NCBI GenBank assembly: GCA_965204745.1
Contig: OZ242010.1
Coordinates: 416,001 to 480,000 of the forward strand
DNA from: Candidatus Latescibacterota bacterium
GTDB taxonomy: Bacteria > Latescibacterota > UBA2968
DNA: 64,000 bases
Reading direction: 5' to 3'
A program made the translations under genes and the position numbers. Under the pieces are notes generated by a model. The model saw only the letters and a program-made list of their open reading frames with translations, did no database searches and was not told the DNA's origin. This document shows positions 39,370-49,180 of this stretch, piece by piece (position 1 is the stretch's first letter; each line of letters opens with the position of its first letter).

Positions 39370-41220
39370 TTACGCCTCGTACATTTCGGCGATTTCTTTT
39401 GCAAAAAGCGATTCGATCTTTTTGGGCACGACCTTTTTCAATCCCCGCGTGAGGCTACCCGCTTCTTCGCTCAACTGCGTGGGCAAGACCAACACCCTTT
39501 GCGGACGCTCGTACCCGGGCAGGCCAGCCGCCGCGGCTTCTTTCAACAACTGCTGCCGAACGCGCTCGGCAATTGCGGGGTGGCGGCGCAGGGCGTCCTC
39601 GTCCTTTGTGGGCAAGTCGGGGATATCCGTTTGCAGGGCAGCCTCTTCTGCGTTCACGGTGACGACGGGCAGGGGGAACGTGCGGGTTTGGTCCCCACAG
39701 ATGAGGACGTGCTCGATCAAGGGCACCCGGGCAAAGATGCGTTCCAGCCGCTCCGGATTGACAAACTCGCCATTTTTCAACTTGAACTGCCGGCCCAAGC
39801 GTCCCTGAAAAGTCAAAAATCCGGCGTCGTCCATGCTGAACAAATCCCCCGTGCGGTACCACACCTTGCCCGCGTCGTCGGTGATGAGCACTTCCGCCGT
39901 GCGCTCGGGGTCGTCCAAATACCCGGTCATGACGTGATCGCCGTGGACCCACAATTCGCCGCTGCCCTCGCCGCTGCCGCGATAGGATTCGGTTTTCGGA
40001 TCGCCATGGGCAATTTCCTCGCCCGTCTCGGTGATGATCTTGACTTCTTGCAATGGCTGTCCGACGGTGCCGGTCTTTTGTCCACCGAGCGTATTGGCCG
40101 CGATCAGCGGGCTGCACTCGGTGACGCCATAGCCTTCGAATGAGACGATGTCGAGCACGTCTTGAAAAAAGTCGAGGGCCTCGGGATCGGCCTTTGCCGA
40201 GCCGACGATGAGCAGTTCGAGGCGCGACCCTACGCGCTGTGAGAGCCGCGCTTTAATTTGCCCGACCACCTTTTTGCCCAGCGTGGCATTGACGAGGTGA
40301 TCGATGATCGATGCCTCGCCGCGGGCAATGCGCTGTTTGGCCCGCACGGAGCGCGCGATCAATTTGCCTTTTGCCCCACCCGCTTCAATTTCTTTTCGCA
40401 CATTGCCAAATACTTTGTCCAAAATCAGCGGCACGGTCAAAAACCCGTGGGGTTCGGAATGGCGAATATCCACCAGCACGCGATCTGGCGACCGCGCGAG
40501 ATCCAGGGTCCAGCCCTTTGCCAAGGGAAAGTAAATGTTCAAAATGCCCATCGTGTGATAATCCGGCGCGGACTTGAACAACACCAACTCATCGCGCTCG
40601 CTGATCGTATCCCACACGGATTGGACATTGCCCACGAGGTTGCGGTGCGTTTGAATCACGCCCTTGGGCAATCCAGACGAGCCCGAGGTATAGACGATTT
40701 TCGATTCGTCCTCCGGGACAATGGTCACATCGGGCGGCGGCGAGGTCGCGCCTTGTTGTGCCAACTGAAAAAATGAGAGCGCGTCATCGGCTTGGCCTTC
40801 TGTGAGCACCACTTGCGGGGGATTGTTCAGTTGCTCGCGCACGCGCGCCACCTGTTCCAAACTTTTCGCATCGGCAAACAAATACGCGATGCCCGAGTGG
40901 TTGACGTTGTGGACGAGCAAATCGTCGGGCAACTTGTTGCAGAGAGGCACGGCGGTCAAACCGAGCATATCGCACGCGAGAAAGACCAGCACGGATTCCA
41001 AACCGCCATCGGTCAAAAGCCCGAGACGCTGCCCCTTTTCCAAGCCCAGTTGCGCCAGGCCCGAGGCCAAGCGGTCGCGCTGCTCTTTCACTTGCCGATA
41101 CGTCAACGGCACATAGCGCAAGCCCTTTTCGCCGGGCTGTTCGGACTGGCGCAACACGCGAACAGCCGTGCGCTCGGCATGGCGTTCAAAGCTATTGTTC
41201 AACAAATCCTTCAGTGTCAT
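39370..41220 (-). CDS. Long-chain acyl-CoA synthetase (AMP-binding)
   Basis: YTSGSSGLPKG, EGYGVTE, RTGD, KLKNGEFVNP. Confidence 0.88.
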   Translation of the reverse strand: MTLKDLLNNSFERHAERTAVRVLRQSEQPGEKGLRYVPLTYRQVKEQRDRLASGLAQLGLEKGQRLGLLTDGGLESVLVFLACDMLGLTAVPLCNKLPDDLLVHNVNHSGIAYLFADAKSLEQVARVREQLNNPPQVVLTEGQADDALSFFQLAQQGATSPPPDVTIVPEDESKIVYTSGSSGLPKGVIQTHRNLVGNVQSVWDTISERDELVLFKSAPDYHTMGILNIYFPLAKGWTLDLARSPDRVLVDIRHSEPHGFLTVPLILDKVFGNVRKEIEAGGAKGKLIARSVRAKQRIARGEASIIDHLVNATLGKKVVGQIKARLSQRVGSRLELLIVGSAKADPEALDFFQDVLDIVSFEGYGVTECSPLIAANTLGGQKTGTVGQPLQEVKIITETGEEIAHGDPKTESYRGSGEGSGELWVHGDHVMTGYLDDPERTAEVLITDDAGKVWYRTGDLFSMDDAGFLTFQGRLGRQFKLKNGEFVNPERLERIFARVPLIEHVLICGDQTRTFPLPVVTVNAEEAALQTDIPDLPTKDEDALRRHPAIAERVRQQLLKEAAAAGLPGYERPQRVLVLPTQLSEEAGSLTRGLKKVVPKKIESLFAKEIAEMYEA

Positions 41221-41250
41221 CTTCCCTCCTCTTGGACGAGTTTCATCCCA

Positions 41251-41841
41251 CTATTTTTTTTTAATATATCCCTCGGCGACCATCTGTTCAACTAATTCTC
41301 GCACGCAATCCCACAGCATCGGGGCGCCAATGGCGATGTGGCTATTGCTTTGCAACACGCGATCAGCCGCAATTCCGTGTTCTCGCCAAGCGCGCCCACA
41401 GGTGTGGCAATTGTGCAAAAAGGGTTGGATTCGGTCCATCGCCCCTGCAAATTTCGCCTCGGGCGTCTCCTTGGCTTCAAATTCCTCCCACAGCGCGCGC
41501 AATTCCCCGCCTTGTTCTTCGGGCAACAGGGCAAAAATGCGGTCCGCGGCTTTTGCCTCGCGCTCGGCCTTATCCGCCTGGCCCGCTTCGTCGTAGAGAA
41601 ACGTGTCTCCGGCATCGATCTCCACGAGGTCGTGCACCAGGGCCATTTTGATCACTTTGAGCATATCCACCCGCACGGGCGCGTATTCCGCGAGAACAAT
41701 CGCAAACATCGCAAAATGCCACGAGTGTTCCGCGTCGTTTTCCTTGCGCGTCTCATCGAGCAAATAGGTCTGCCGAAAAATCTGCTTGAGTTTATCGACC
41801 TCGAGGAGAAATGCGAGTTGTCGTTGCAAGCGGTCGGTCAT
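41251..41841 (-). CDS. HD_3-domain hydrolase
   Basis: ENDAEHSWH, VHDLVEIDAGD. Confidence 0.88.
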   Translation of the reverse strand: MTDRLQRQLAFLLEVDKLKQIFRQTYLLDETRKENDAEHSWHFAMFAIVLAEYAPVRVDMLKVIKMALVHDLVEIDAGDTFLYDEAGQADKAEREAKAADRIFALLPEEQGGELRALWEEFEAKETPEAKFAGAMDRIQPFLHNCHTCGRAWREHGIAADRVLQSNSHIAIGAPMLWDCVRELVEQMVAEGYIKKK

Positions 41842-41874
41842 TGTGGTGATTCCAAATGAAGGGAGACGTGAGAG

Positions 41875-41972
41875 GGGAGAAGTAACACCCTGTCTGAATC
41901 GCAGATTAAACGGATTACGCGGATTAGGGCACGCAGGTAGAGCAGGGCTACAAAGAGGCAAAGCATGCGCTG
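41875..41972 (+). repeat. About 100-bp direct repeat containing family B, paired with 43188-43286
   Basis: GGGAGAAGTAACACCCTGTCTGAATCGC(A/G)GATTAAACGGATTACGCGGATTAGGGCACGCAGGTAG shared by both copies. Confidence 0.85.
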
Positions 41973-42045
41973 AAGCGATTTTGTTCATGATGGCGATGGG
42001 TTGGCTGACCACTGACCGCTAACTGCTTGGGGCATGGGGTTGTCC

Positions 42046-42927
42046 CTACGGTTGTGTTTTCACTTTCAGCGCGTTGGGAACGACCTCAACTGTCGCGGGG
42101 GTCTCGCACACGGGTTCGCCGTCGGCAAAGACCCACATGGGATCATCCGCCTCAATCCGCAGGGTCTTGGTTTGCGCGACCTGCACCGCAGGATGACCAA
42201 CGTGCGCGCCAGAATACGCCCGCAACAACAGCCGCAAGACCCGCCAACGCGGCACATCGGACACCCGGCACACATCCAGCACGCCATCATCTAACACGGC
42301 ACTCGGTGCAACTTTGATCCCGCTCCCGTAAAAAGGCGTGTTCGCCGTTGCCGCCAGCAGAACGCGCCCGTCCAAAACGCCAAAATCTCCTGTGAGACGC
42401 ACCAGCGGAGATCGATATTGGCCCAGCGTTTGCAAAATTGCCAGCCCATAAGCCATCGTCCCACCCAATCGCAACGCCTGATCGCGCACCCGTCGCGCCA
42501 CTGCGGTATCGAATCCCAAACTCGCAACGGTCGCAAAGAACCGGCCCCCGATTTTCCCCAGATCCATCGCCCGCACCCGGCCGTGCATCAGCGCATTGAC
42601 AACGCCGTTCACATCCTTGGGCAATCCCAATGCCCGCGCCAAATCATTCCCGCGACCACATGGCACAATGCCCAAAACCGCGCCTGAATGCGCGAGGCCA
42701 TTGATCACTTCGTGGATCGTGCCATCCCCACCACACGCCGCAACCCGTTGCACACCCCGCGCCAATGCTTCCCGCGTCAACCGCTCGCAATCCCCCCGCG
42801 CTTTCGACACCACCAGATCAGCCCCCACCCCGCGCTGCCGCAACTCCCCCACAACCCGCTCCCCCAAGCGCGTTGCCCGGCCGCGCCCCGAACTGGGATT
42901 TGCGATGATCGTCCAATGAGTTGGCAT
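42046..42927 (-). CDS. Diacylglycerol/lipid kinase (YegS/BmrU family)
   Basis: NPSSG, GGDGT, PCGRGND, ADGE; the stop TAG lies in a GTAG-REP. Confidence 0.9.
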   Translation of the reverse strand: MPTHWTIIANPSSGRGRATRLGERVVGELRQRGVGADLVVSKARGDCERLTREALARGVQRVAACGGDGTIHEVINGLAHSGAVLGIVPCGRGNDLARALGLPKDVNGVVNALMHGRVRAMDLGKIGGRFFATVASLGFDTAVARRVRDQALRLGGTMAYGLAILQTLGQYRSPLVRLTGDFGVLDGRVLLAATANTPFYGSGIKVAPSAVLDDGVLDVCRVSDVPRWRVLRLLLRAYSGAHVGHPAVQVAQTKTLRIEADDPMWVFADGEPVCETPATVEVVPNALKVKTQP

Positions 42928-43286
42928 GAGGCGGTAAGAGGCAAAAGGTGAGACGCAAGACGGGAGAGGCAAGAGGTGGGACGCAAGAGGCAAGAGGCAA
43001 GATGGAAGTTTAGCCACAAAAGGCACAAAAGGCACAAAAGGCACAAAAGGCACAAAAGGCACAAAAGGCACAAAAGGCACAAAAGACATAAAAGACACGA
43101 GCGGGGTACAACTGAAGATAGCCCGTTCAAAGGCGAACCGTGTGTAGGGGCGATGCCCCCGTGCTCGCCCGAAGATACAAGACGGGAGGGAGAAGTAACA
43201 CCCTGTCTGAATCGCGGATTAAACGGATTACGCGGATTAGGGCACGCAGGTAGGGCAGAGGATGCAGAGAGGCGAAGCATGTGCTG
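42928..43286 (+). repeat. Largest composite repeat
   Basis: About ten 7-mers, GAAGTTTAGC, nine CACAAAAGG-type units (43015-43095), 38-mer at 43096-43133, GTAG-REP, family B. Confidence 0.9.
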
Positions 43287-43445
43287 TATTTGCGGTGAGC
43301 ACCCGATTCTTGATTGCGTTCGGGGTCAATTGGTTTTCCTGGGTCATCATTGCTCCTCATTAACGTCGCGGGATTGAATAATCGGGTATTGGACATTCGC
43401 TTTTGTCACTGGCAACGACATAGGGGCTGAATGACACGGCGAGGA

Positions 43446-44828
43446 CTAATCCGCGCCCTTGTCTTCGCCGCGAAGGTCGGGGGAGGAGATTGGACGGACA
43501 TCCGTTTCGATGGGATTGGGGGCCGCGATCTGTTGCTCGTCAACCGTTGCGCCGAGGTCTTCCAAGCGTCGCGCTTGCACGAGGACGCGCCTCTCAAGCG
43601 AACCAATACTATCGTTGTAGCAAGTCACGGCTTTATGCAATGCCTTGCCGACCTCGCCGACATGACCGCCGTAGGTCCGAATGCGGCCGTAGAGTTCCCC
43701 TGCGGCTTGGGCGATCTTTTCGGCATTTTCCTGAACTTTGGCTTGTTGCCAGCCGATAGCGATGGTGCGGAGTAGCGCGATGAGCAGGCCGGGCGTTGCG
43801 ATGAGGACGCGGTGTTGCTTCCAAGCGTCGTCCCATACGCCCACCTTGGCACGCTCGGCAGCGTCGAGGATGGCGTCGTGTGGAACGTACATCACGGCAA
43901 AGTCGAATGACCCGGGAATCGAACTTGTGTACTCGCGGCCTGAGAGTTCCTTAGCGCGTGCGGCGAGCGCATCGGCATGGCGGCGGAAATGCGTCTGCTG
44001 TTGCCGAGGGTCTTCTGTCTCGAACGCGTCGAGGTAGGCGTCCATCGGCGCCTTGGCGTCAACCACGATCTGCTTGTCGCCGGGGATCGTAACCACCATA
44101 TCGGGGCGAAGGCGTCGTCGGTCTGTGCCTACCGAAGGTTGCTCTATGAACTCGACATGTTCGAGCATGCCCGCGGCTTCAACGACCCGGCGCAGTTGCT
44201 GTTCTCCCCAGTCTCCGCGTTCGCGCGTGGAGCGTAAGGCACGGTGCAACTGATTGGTTTCGCTACGGAGTTGGATGATTTCTCGTCGCGCTTGTTTAAC
44301 AGCTTCATGCACCTGCACATAGGCGCCCTCGCGTTCCCGTTCGATTTCGCCGACGTGCTTTTGCAATTTTTCGAGCGTTTCGCCGACGGGTTTAACGAGA
44401 TTGTCAACGGCGATCTGGCGGGACTCGAGATCTTTGTCCGACAACTCGCGCTGGCGTTTGAACGCTTCCTGTGCCTGCTTGCGAAATTCCTCGCTCGTGT
44501 CTTGCACAACCTGCGACGCGATGCCCTTGAAATGCGTGTCGAGTTGCTCCTGCGTCCGCTTCATCTCTTCTTGCCTCGTCTGATCCTCGGCACGTACCTT
44601 GGCGAGTTCTTGAGTTGTAGTCGATAGTTTCTCGCTGACTTCTGCCAAGCGTTTCTGGGCTTCATCTCGCTGGCTGGTGCGTTCTTCAAGTGCGATGCTC
44701 CGTTCGGCGAGTTGGACTTGCAGGTTCTTCAACTCGTCTGCGTCGGCCATGTTGTACTTCCGTGCGACGGTGAAGGCTATACCAAACCCGGCGAGTAGCC
44801 CTACGATGAGTGCGACAACGATCTCCAT
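43446..44828 (-). CDS. rmuC: RmuC-family protein
   Basis: N-terminal TM and coiled coil, RGDWGE, RPDM, VVDAKAP, ATP. Confidence 0.9.
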   Translation of the reverse strand: MEIVVALIVGLLAGFGIAFTVARKYNMADADELKNLQVQLAERSIALEERTSQRDEAQKRLAEVSEKLSTTTQELAKVRAEDQTRQEEMKRTQEQLDTHFKGIASQVVQDTSEEFRKQAQEAFKRQRELSDKDLESRQIAVDNLVKPVGETLEKLQKHVGEIEREREGAYVQVHEAVKQARREIIQLRSETNQLHRALRSTRERGDWGEQQLRRVVEAAGMLEHVEFIEQPSVGTDRRRLRPDMVVTIPGDKQIVVDAKAPMDAYLDAFETEDPRQQQTHFRRHADALAARAKELSGREYTSSIPGSFDFAVMYVPHDAILDAAERAKVGVWDDAWKQHRVLIATPGLLIALLRTIAIGWQQAKVQENAEKIAQAAGELYGRIRTYGGHVGEVGKALHKAVTCYNDSIGSLERRVLVQARRLEDLGATVDEQQIAAPNPIETDVRPISSPDLRGEDKGAD

Positions 44829-44984
44829 TGAGGAATCTCCTTTCTGTTGGCGTCTCGCATTTCCCCTAAGATCACTTGTTGCAACAGTCGAACTTGGGGA
44901 CTAAGACCACTTTGGGGTTACGCAAGAGCGTGAGTTGTTGAGGGGGTTGGCTCGTTCTGATTTTTTGTTTTTATGACGGCCTTC

Positions 44985-45797
44985 TTACAATTCGGGTGGC
45001 GAGTCGTGGTCTTTCATTTTTCGCTTCACCAGCCATTCGACGATTTTGGGATGGATCAGTTGTAGCCACGGGAGGGTGCGGAGTTTCCAAGGGATCACGA
45101 GTTCGCGCTTTTGTTTTTGCATGGCGGTCAAAATGGCCTCGCAACACTTCTTGACGGGAATCGCCTCTTTGGTATGGTGCTGTGAGGCCGCGCCGCGGGC
45201 CGCACCATCTTTGCCCAGCGCGCCTTGTCGCAAATTCGTGCCCTGAAGCCAGTGCGGCAAGACCGTCAAGATATGCATGTCAGGGACTTCCATTTGCAGG
45301 GCTTTCAGAAAGCCCAACACCGCGTGCTTGGACGCCGCGTACCCCGTGTGCAGGGGCACGCCGATCTTGCCTTGCACAGACGCAATGCCCACCAGCATGC
45401 CCTTGGACGCGGTCATATATGGCAATGCCGCATGCGCGCAATAGACCAAACCGAGGTAATTGGTCTCCATCAATTTGCGAAACACGCCCATATCTTCCAC
45501 CTCGTCAAACCGCGCCCACATGCTGATCCCGGCATTGGCGATCAAAAAATCGATGCGGCCAAATTCCGCTATGGCTACATCGACCAAGCGCGCGCAATCT
45601 TCCACCCGCGTGACATCGCCGGGCACGGGGACCACGCGCACGCCGCACGCCCGACATCGATCCGCTGTCTCGCCGAGCATTGCCTCGCGCCGCGCAAACA
45701 GCACCAAGTGCGCGCCGCGTTTTGCCAGTGCCAGTGCCAATGCGGCCCCCAGCCCGGAAGACGCGCCCGTAATGATTGCAACTTTATTGCGAAACAT
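44985..45797 (-). CDS. SDR oxidoreductase, DHRS7/7B-like (candidate acyl/alkyl-DHAP reductase)
   Basis: TGASSGLG, NAG, SVQGKIGVP..TGYAASKHA. Confidence 0.8.
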   Translation of the reverse strand: MFRNKVAIITGASSGLGAALALALAKRGAHLVLFARREAMLGETADRCRACGVRVVPVPGDVTRVEDCARLVDVAIAEFGRIDFLIANAGISMWARFDEVEDMGVFRKLMETNYLGLVYCAHAALPYMTASKGMLVGIASVQGKIGVPLHTGYAASKHAVLGFLKALQMEVPDMHILTVLPHWLQGTNLRQGALGKDGAARGAASQHHTKEAIPVKKCCEAILTAMQKQKRELVIPWKLRTLPWLQLIHPKIVEWLVKRKMKDHDSPPEL

Positions 45798-46110
45798 CGC
45801 GCCTTTCTATCTTAAAGGTCGTGCGCCCCAAGTGCTCGAGTGCGCGTTCAAAGCTGACGAGGCGGCGGATGAGGCTATTGTAGCGGGAATGCGTATCTCG
45901 GGGATAGCGCGCGCCGAGGGCCTCGTAGAGTGCGCGTTCAGGATGATCGGGCAAATCCGGCGCGTGGGGAATCTCCAAACCCGCGGCGCGCAACCGCGGC
46001 GCGCCAATGGCGACGAGCAAGGCTTCCACTGTGATCTCGCCGCGTTTTAATGCTTCAATACCCGATAGCACGAGATCCGCGCCGGGGAGATTTTCCGGTA
46101 CTTTGGTCAT
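45784..46110 (-). CDS. Small conserved hypothetical partner of the DUF6036 protein
   Basis: LPGADLV, LLVAIGAPRL, HSRYNSLIRRLVSFERAL; ATGA overlap with the upstream gene. Confidence 0.7.
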   Translation of the reverse strand: MTKVPENLPGADLVLSGIEALKRGEITVEALLVAIGAPRLRAAGLEIPHAPDLPDHPERALYEALGARYPRDTHSRYNSLIRRLVSFERALEHLGRTTFKIERRDVSQ

Positions 46111-46652
46111 CGCGCCTCCAGTGCGATTGTTGCTTTTTGCACCTTCTCGCGGAAGGACGCGGCGTCAATCGCGGGATAACGCACGAGATCCGGCGCAATG
46201 GCAGTGAAGAGCGCGGGCAGGCGCGTCGGGTCGATCAATCGCGCCCTGTACATCGCTTCCACATCGCGCAAATCCCGTTCATGACCGCGCTCGATTTTGG
46301 CGAGTGCCTGGGCGTAAAAGTCGTAATGAAAAAAATTGATCGGCCCATGCTGGTCGATGAATGCGCTGCGCTCTCGCCAGTTGGGAAGAGGAGGAATGAA
46401 GTCGTCGGGCGCCGCCAGTTCGACATTGATGTTCAAAGCATGCTTGGCGCGTGCGATAGCGTCGAAAACACCTGCGGGTTCCGGGGCGAGTTTGAGGTCG
46501 ATGTCCATCGTGGTCATTCGCCATCCGATCAGCACTGCCGAACTCCCGCCGACGAGATAAATCCGGCCTTCGCCTCGCGCCTCCGCGCCGAGATACCGCA
46601 TGAATTTCCGCACTTTCGCGGCATCGGTCATTTCCCGCATGGTAGTGTCCAT
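46107..46652 (-). CDS. DUF6036-family nucleotidyltransferase
   Basis: LVGGSSA, TTMDID, AKIERGHERDLRD; start may be 46640. Confidence 0.8.
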   Translation of the reverse strand: MDTTMREMTDAAKVRKFMRYLGAEARGEGRIYLVGGSSAVLIGWRMTTMDIDLKLAPEPAGVFDAIARAKHALNINVELAAPDDFIPPLPNWRERSAFIDQHGPINFFHYDFYAQALAKIERGHERDLRDVEAMYRARLIDPTRLPALFTAIAPDLVRYPAIDAASFREKVQKATIALEAR

Positions 46653-46662
46653 TCATCTATAA

Positions 46663-46833
46663 TGGAAGTTTAGCCACAAAAGGCACAAAAGGCACGAGCG
46701 GGGTACAACTGGCGACAGCCAGTTCAAAGGTGAGCGATGCGTGTAGGGGCGGTGCCTCCGTGCCCGCACAATATCAAAATCAGTAGTCAGTGGTCAGTAG
46801 TCAGTGGTCAGTGGTCAGTGGTCAGTGGTCAGT
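46663..46833 (+). repeat. Composite repeat (9-mers, 38-mer at 46693-46730, REP, TCAGT(G/A)G array)
   Basis: Same module order as 9108, 20619 and 42928. Confidence 0.85.
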
Positions 46834-47258
46834 AGGTTGTGTTGACATTTGCGAGCAAAGCAACTGGCTTGAGCGGTTTATCGAGAAAATCAAGCCCTAT
46901 CGCAGAATATGCTCTCGGTTTGAGAAACTGGAATAGTCGCTCCTTATCGGGACCTACCCCCCTAGCCCCCCTTCCTGCGAGGAAGGGGGGAACTGTGAGC
47001 GGTTTTGCGAGGAGGGGATTGATGAGGGTATTTAATCGCTTTATGCCCTCGCAAAACGCCATCAGAGCAACCAGAGCGATAAGCCATCAAAGGAGCTTTA
47101 CTCCCCTTTCCTCGTAGGAAAGGGGCCGGGGGATAGGTCCCCTCGCGCAACGCCATCAGAGCAACCTAAGCCATCAAAGGACCAAACGCCTTAAGTCAGC
47201 AAGCAACCCATTTGCTACTCTGTGCGTAACGTAAAAAAATAAAATGTCAACACGACCT
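46834..47258 (+). mobile_element. IS5-derived MITE (425 bp) with a nested family A element
   Basis: TIRs AGGTTGTGTTGACATTT / AAATGTCAACACGACCT; internal SNWLERFIEKIKPYRRICSRFEKL transposase relic; family A at 46950-47140. Confidence 0.8.
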
Positions 47259-47268
47259 TAATTCGTTT

Positions 47269-49098
47269 TCACTGTCCAAACGCGCCGTTGCCGATGGCGA
47301 AGATGTTGTTGGGGTCCATTGCCTTTTTCATCTGTTGCAGGACCGCGATGCTGTTTTCACTTTGGATTTGCGGCAAAAAGCCCCTGCGGAGTTTGCCTAT
47401 GCCGTGGTGGTGGGACAGGGAGCCGCCGCGGTCCAAAATTTCTTGGCGCAAGGCGTGCTCGATCTCGTGATAAACGCCCACGGCATCTGCAAGGCCCTGC
47501 CCGCAAAAGCCCATCGTAAAATAGATGCACACGCCCGTGTGGTAGGTCTGCGTCACGCGGTAGGCCAGATAGGGTTTGCCCGGGATGCCGTGCTTGTCGT
47601 GCAACGCGGTCAGGGTCGTTTCCACCGCGCCGATCACCTCGTGGATATTCGTCCACGGCACAGAAGTCTCAAAGGTCTCGCCCAAGATGTGAAACTGGCT
47701 GAAAAAATCGCGGATATACGCGATCCCAAACGTCAGCATATACCCGCGCTTGCCATTGCTCGCGCCGCCCGAAATCCCGCCGAATTGCTTCGCCAATTTG
47801 AAAATCGTCTTCGCCTGTTGCCGGACCTCGGCTTTGCTGCCCTCCATCACAACCGTACACGCCACCACCTGCTCGAGATCAAAGCCCTTGAGCTTGAACA
47901 GGAAAAACCGCTGAATCCCCTGCTCGACCTTCTTCAATCCGGTTGCCGCGGGCTTCAATGCCTGTCCAAAGCGAAACTCCGTGTTGTTCAGCAGGCGAAT
48001 GCTCGCGGGAATCTGTCCGGTCTGCCGCAGGGCTTTGAGATAGGCCACACCGCGTTCAAACGACGGAAACACCAGCGAGCCAAATCGCTGCGCTTCGGGC
48101 TGTTTGTGGATTTTGATCGTGGCGCGGGTGATGATCCCCAAATTGCCCTCGCTGCCAAACAAAAAGGATCGGGGTTGCACGCCTGTGGAATTGCGCGGCG
48201 TCGCGTGGCGCGTCTCGACCTCGCCGGTGGGCGTCACCAACTTGGCTTCCAGCACGATATCCTCGATATTGCCGTAGCGGTTCTTTTTCATGCCGCTGGC
48301 ATGGGTCGAAATCCACCCGCCCAGAGTCGAAAACTCCAAACTGTCCGGATCGTGCCCGGACGTGTAGCCCCGGTCATTGAGCACTCGCTCCAACTGCTTG
48401 CCGGAAATGCCCGCCTCCACGCACGCCTGCAAATTCTCCTCGTCCAACCACACCACGCGATTCATGCGCCGCATATCCACCGACGCGACCATCCGCTTTT
48501 CCGAAGGCGGAATCGCCAGCGCGCCGCTCACATTCGTCCCCCCGCCGTAGGGCACGAGCACCACATCATGCGCGTTTGCAAGGTGGATAATCTGCTGTAC
48601 ATCGGCCTCGCCCTGTGGAAACAGCACCACATCCACCAAGCGGTCCGGGAGGCGATGGTACAGAATTTGGTATACCTCATCCACGCTCAACTGCCCGTGG
48701 CTGTGCGTCAAACGCACGCGGTCGGTTAGCGAAACGCACTCCTCTGAAAGCACCTCGCGCACCGCATCTAAAAAACCCGCGTTTGCAATGGGCGCGGGCA
48801 AATCCCGGTGTTCGACCTCTTGCCCTATGTCTTCGGGGCGGATCGGCACGTCGATCACCTCTTCGACAAAGGGCAAAAAATACGGCATCTGATAGCCGCA
48901 CAGCGGGTACCGCGTGCCGGTCACATGCACGGTTCTGTCATCGTCAAATTCAAACCGCGTATCCGCATAGCCCCACTTGTGGTCGAACTGCTCGCCCTCT
49001 GCCCGATCAAAAAAATCGCCCTCCCGCGCATCAGCACGCCCCCATCGCATCAGCAAAAACACCAGCACCAACAACGCGACAAGCGTCAATTCAATCAT
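47269..49098 (-). CDS. agpS: Alkyl-dihydroxyacetonephosphate synthase-like FAD enzyme with an N-terminal membrane anchor
   Basis: PYGGGTNV, GHDPDSLEFSTLGGWISTHASGMKKNRYGNIED, RVTQTY..GVCIYF, GSLSHHHGIGKLR, all matching eukaryotic AGPS motifs. Confidence 0.85.
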   Translation of the reverse strand: MIELTLVALLVLVFLLMRWGRADAREGDFFDRAEGEQFDHKWGYADTRFEFDDDRTVHVTGTRYPLCGYQMPYFLPFVEEVIDVPIRPEDIGQEVEHRDLPAPIANAGFLDAVREVLSEECVSLTDRVRLTHSHGQLSVDEVYQILYHRLPDRLVDVVLFPQGEADVQQIIHLANAHDVVLVPYGGGTNVSGALAIPPSEKRMVASVDMRRMNRVVWLDEENLQACVEAGISGKQLERVLNDRGYTSGHDPDSLEFSTLGGWISTHASGMKKNRYGNIEDIVLEAKLVTPTGEVETRHATPRNSTGVQPRSFLFGSEGNLGIITRATIKIHKQPEAQRFGSLVFPSFERGVAYLKALRQTGQIPASIRLLNNTEFRFGQALKPAATGLKKVEQGIQRFFLFKLKGFDLEQVVACTVVMEGSKAEVRQQAKTIFKLAKQFGGISGGASNGKRGYMLTFGIAYIRDFFSQFHILGETFETSVPWTNIHEVIGAVETTLTALHDKHGIPGKPYLAYRVTQTYHTGVCIYFTMGFCGQGLADAVGVYHEIEHALRQEILDRGGSLSHHHGIGKLRRGFLPQIQSENSIAVLQQMKKAMDPNNIFAIGNGAFGQ

Positions 49099-49180
49099 TG
49101 TTTTTCTCCTCATTAAAATGACAACCGCATCCGATTTGTGAGTTCGCGTCTTTGACCTTCATCGCTCGGTTTTTCTCTCG

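Noticed and set aside
42928-43098. FVP-repeat extension of the lipid kinase and HKR-repeat ORFs
   Set aside because: These are translations of the non-coding 9-mer array.
7674-47266. CTTAATTCG motif at 7674, 15755 and 47257
   Set aside because: It is only 9-13 bp with no consistent context.
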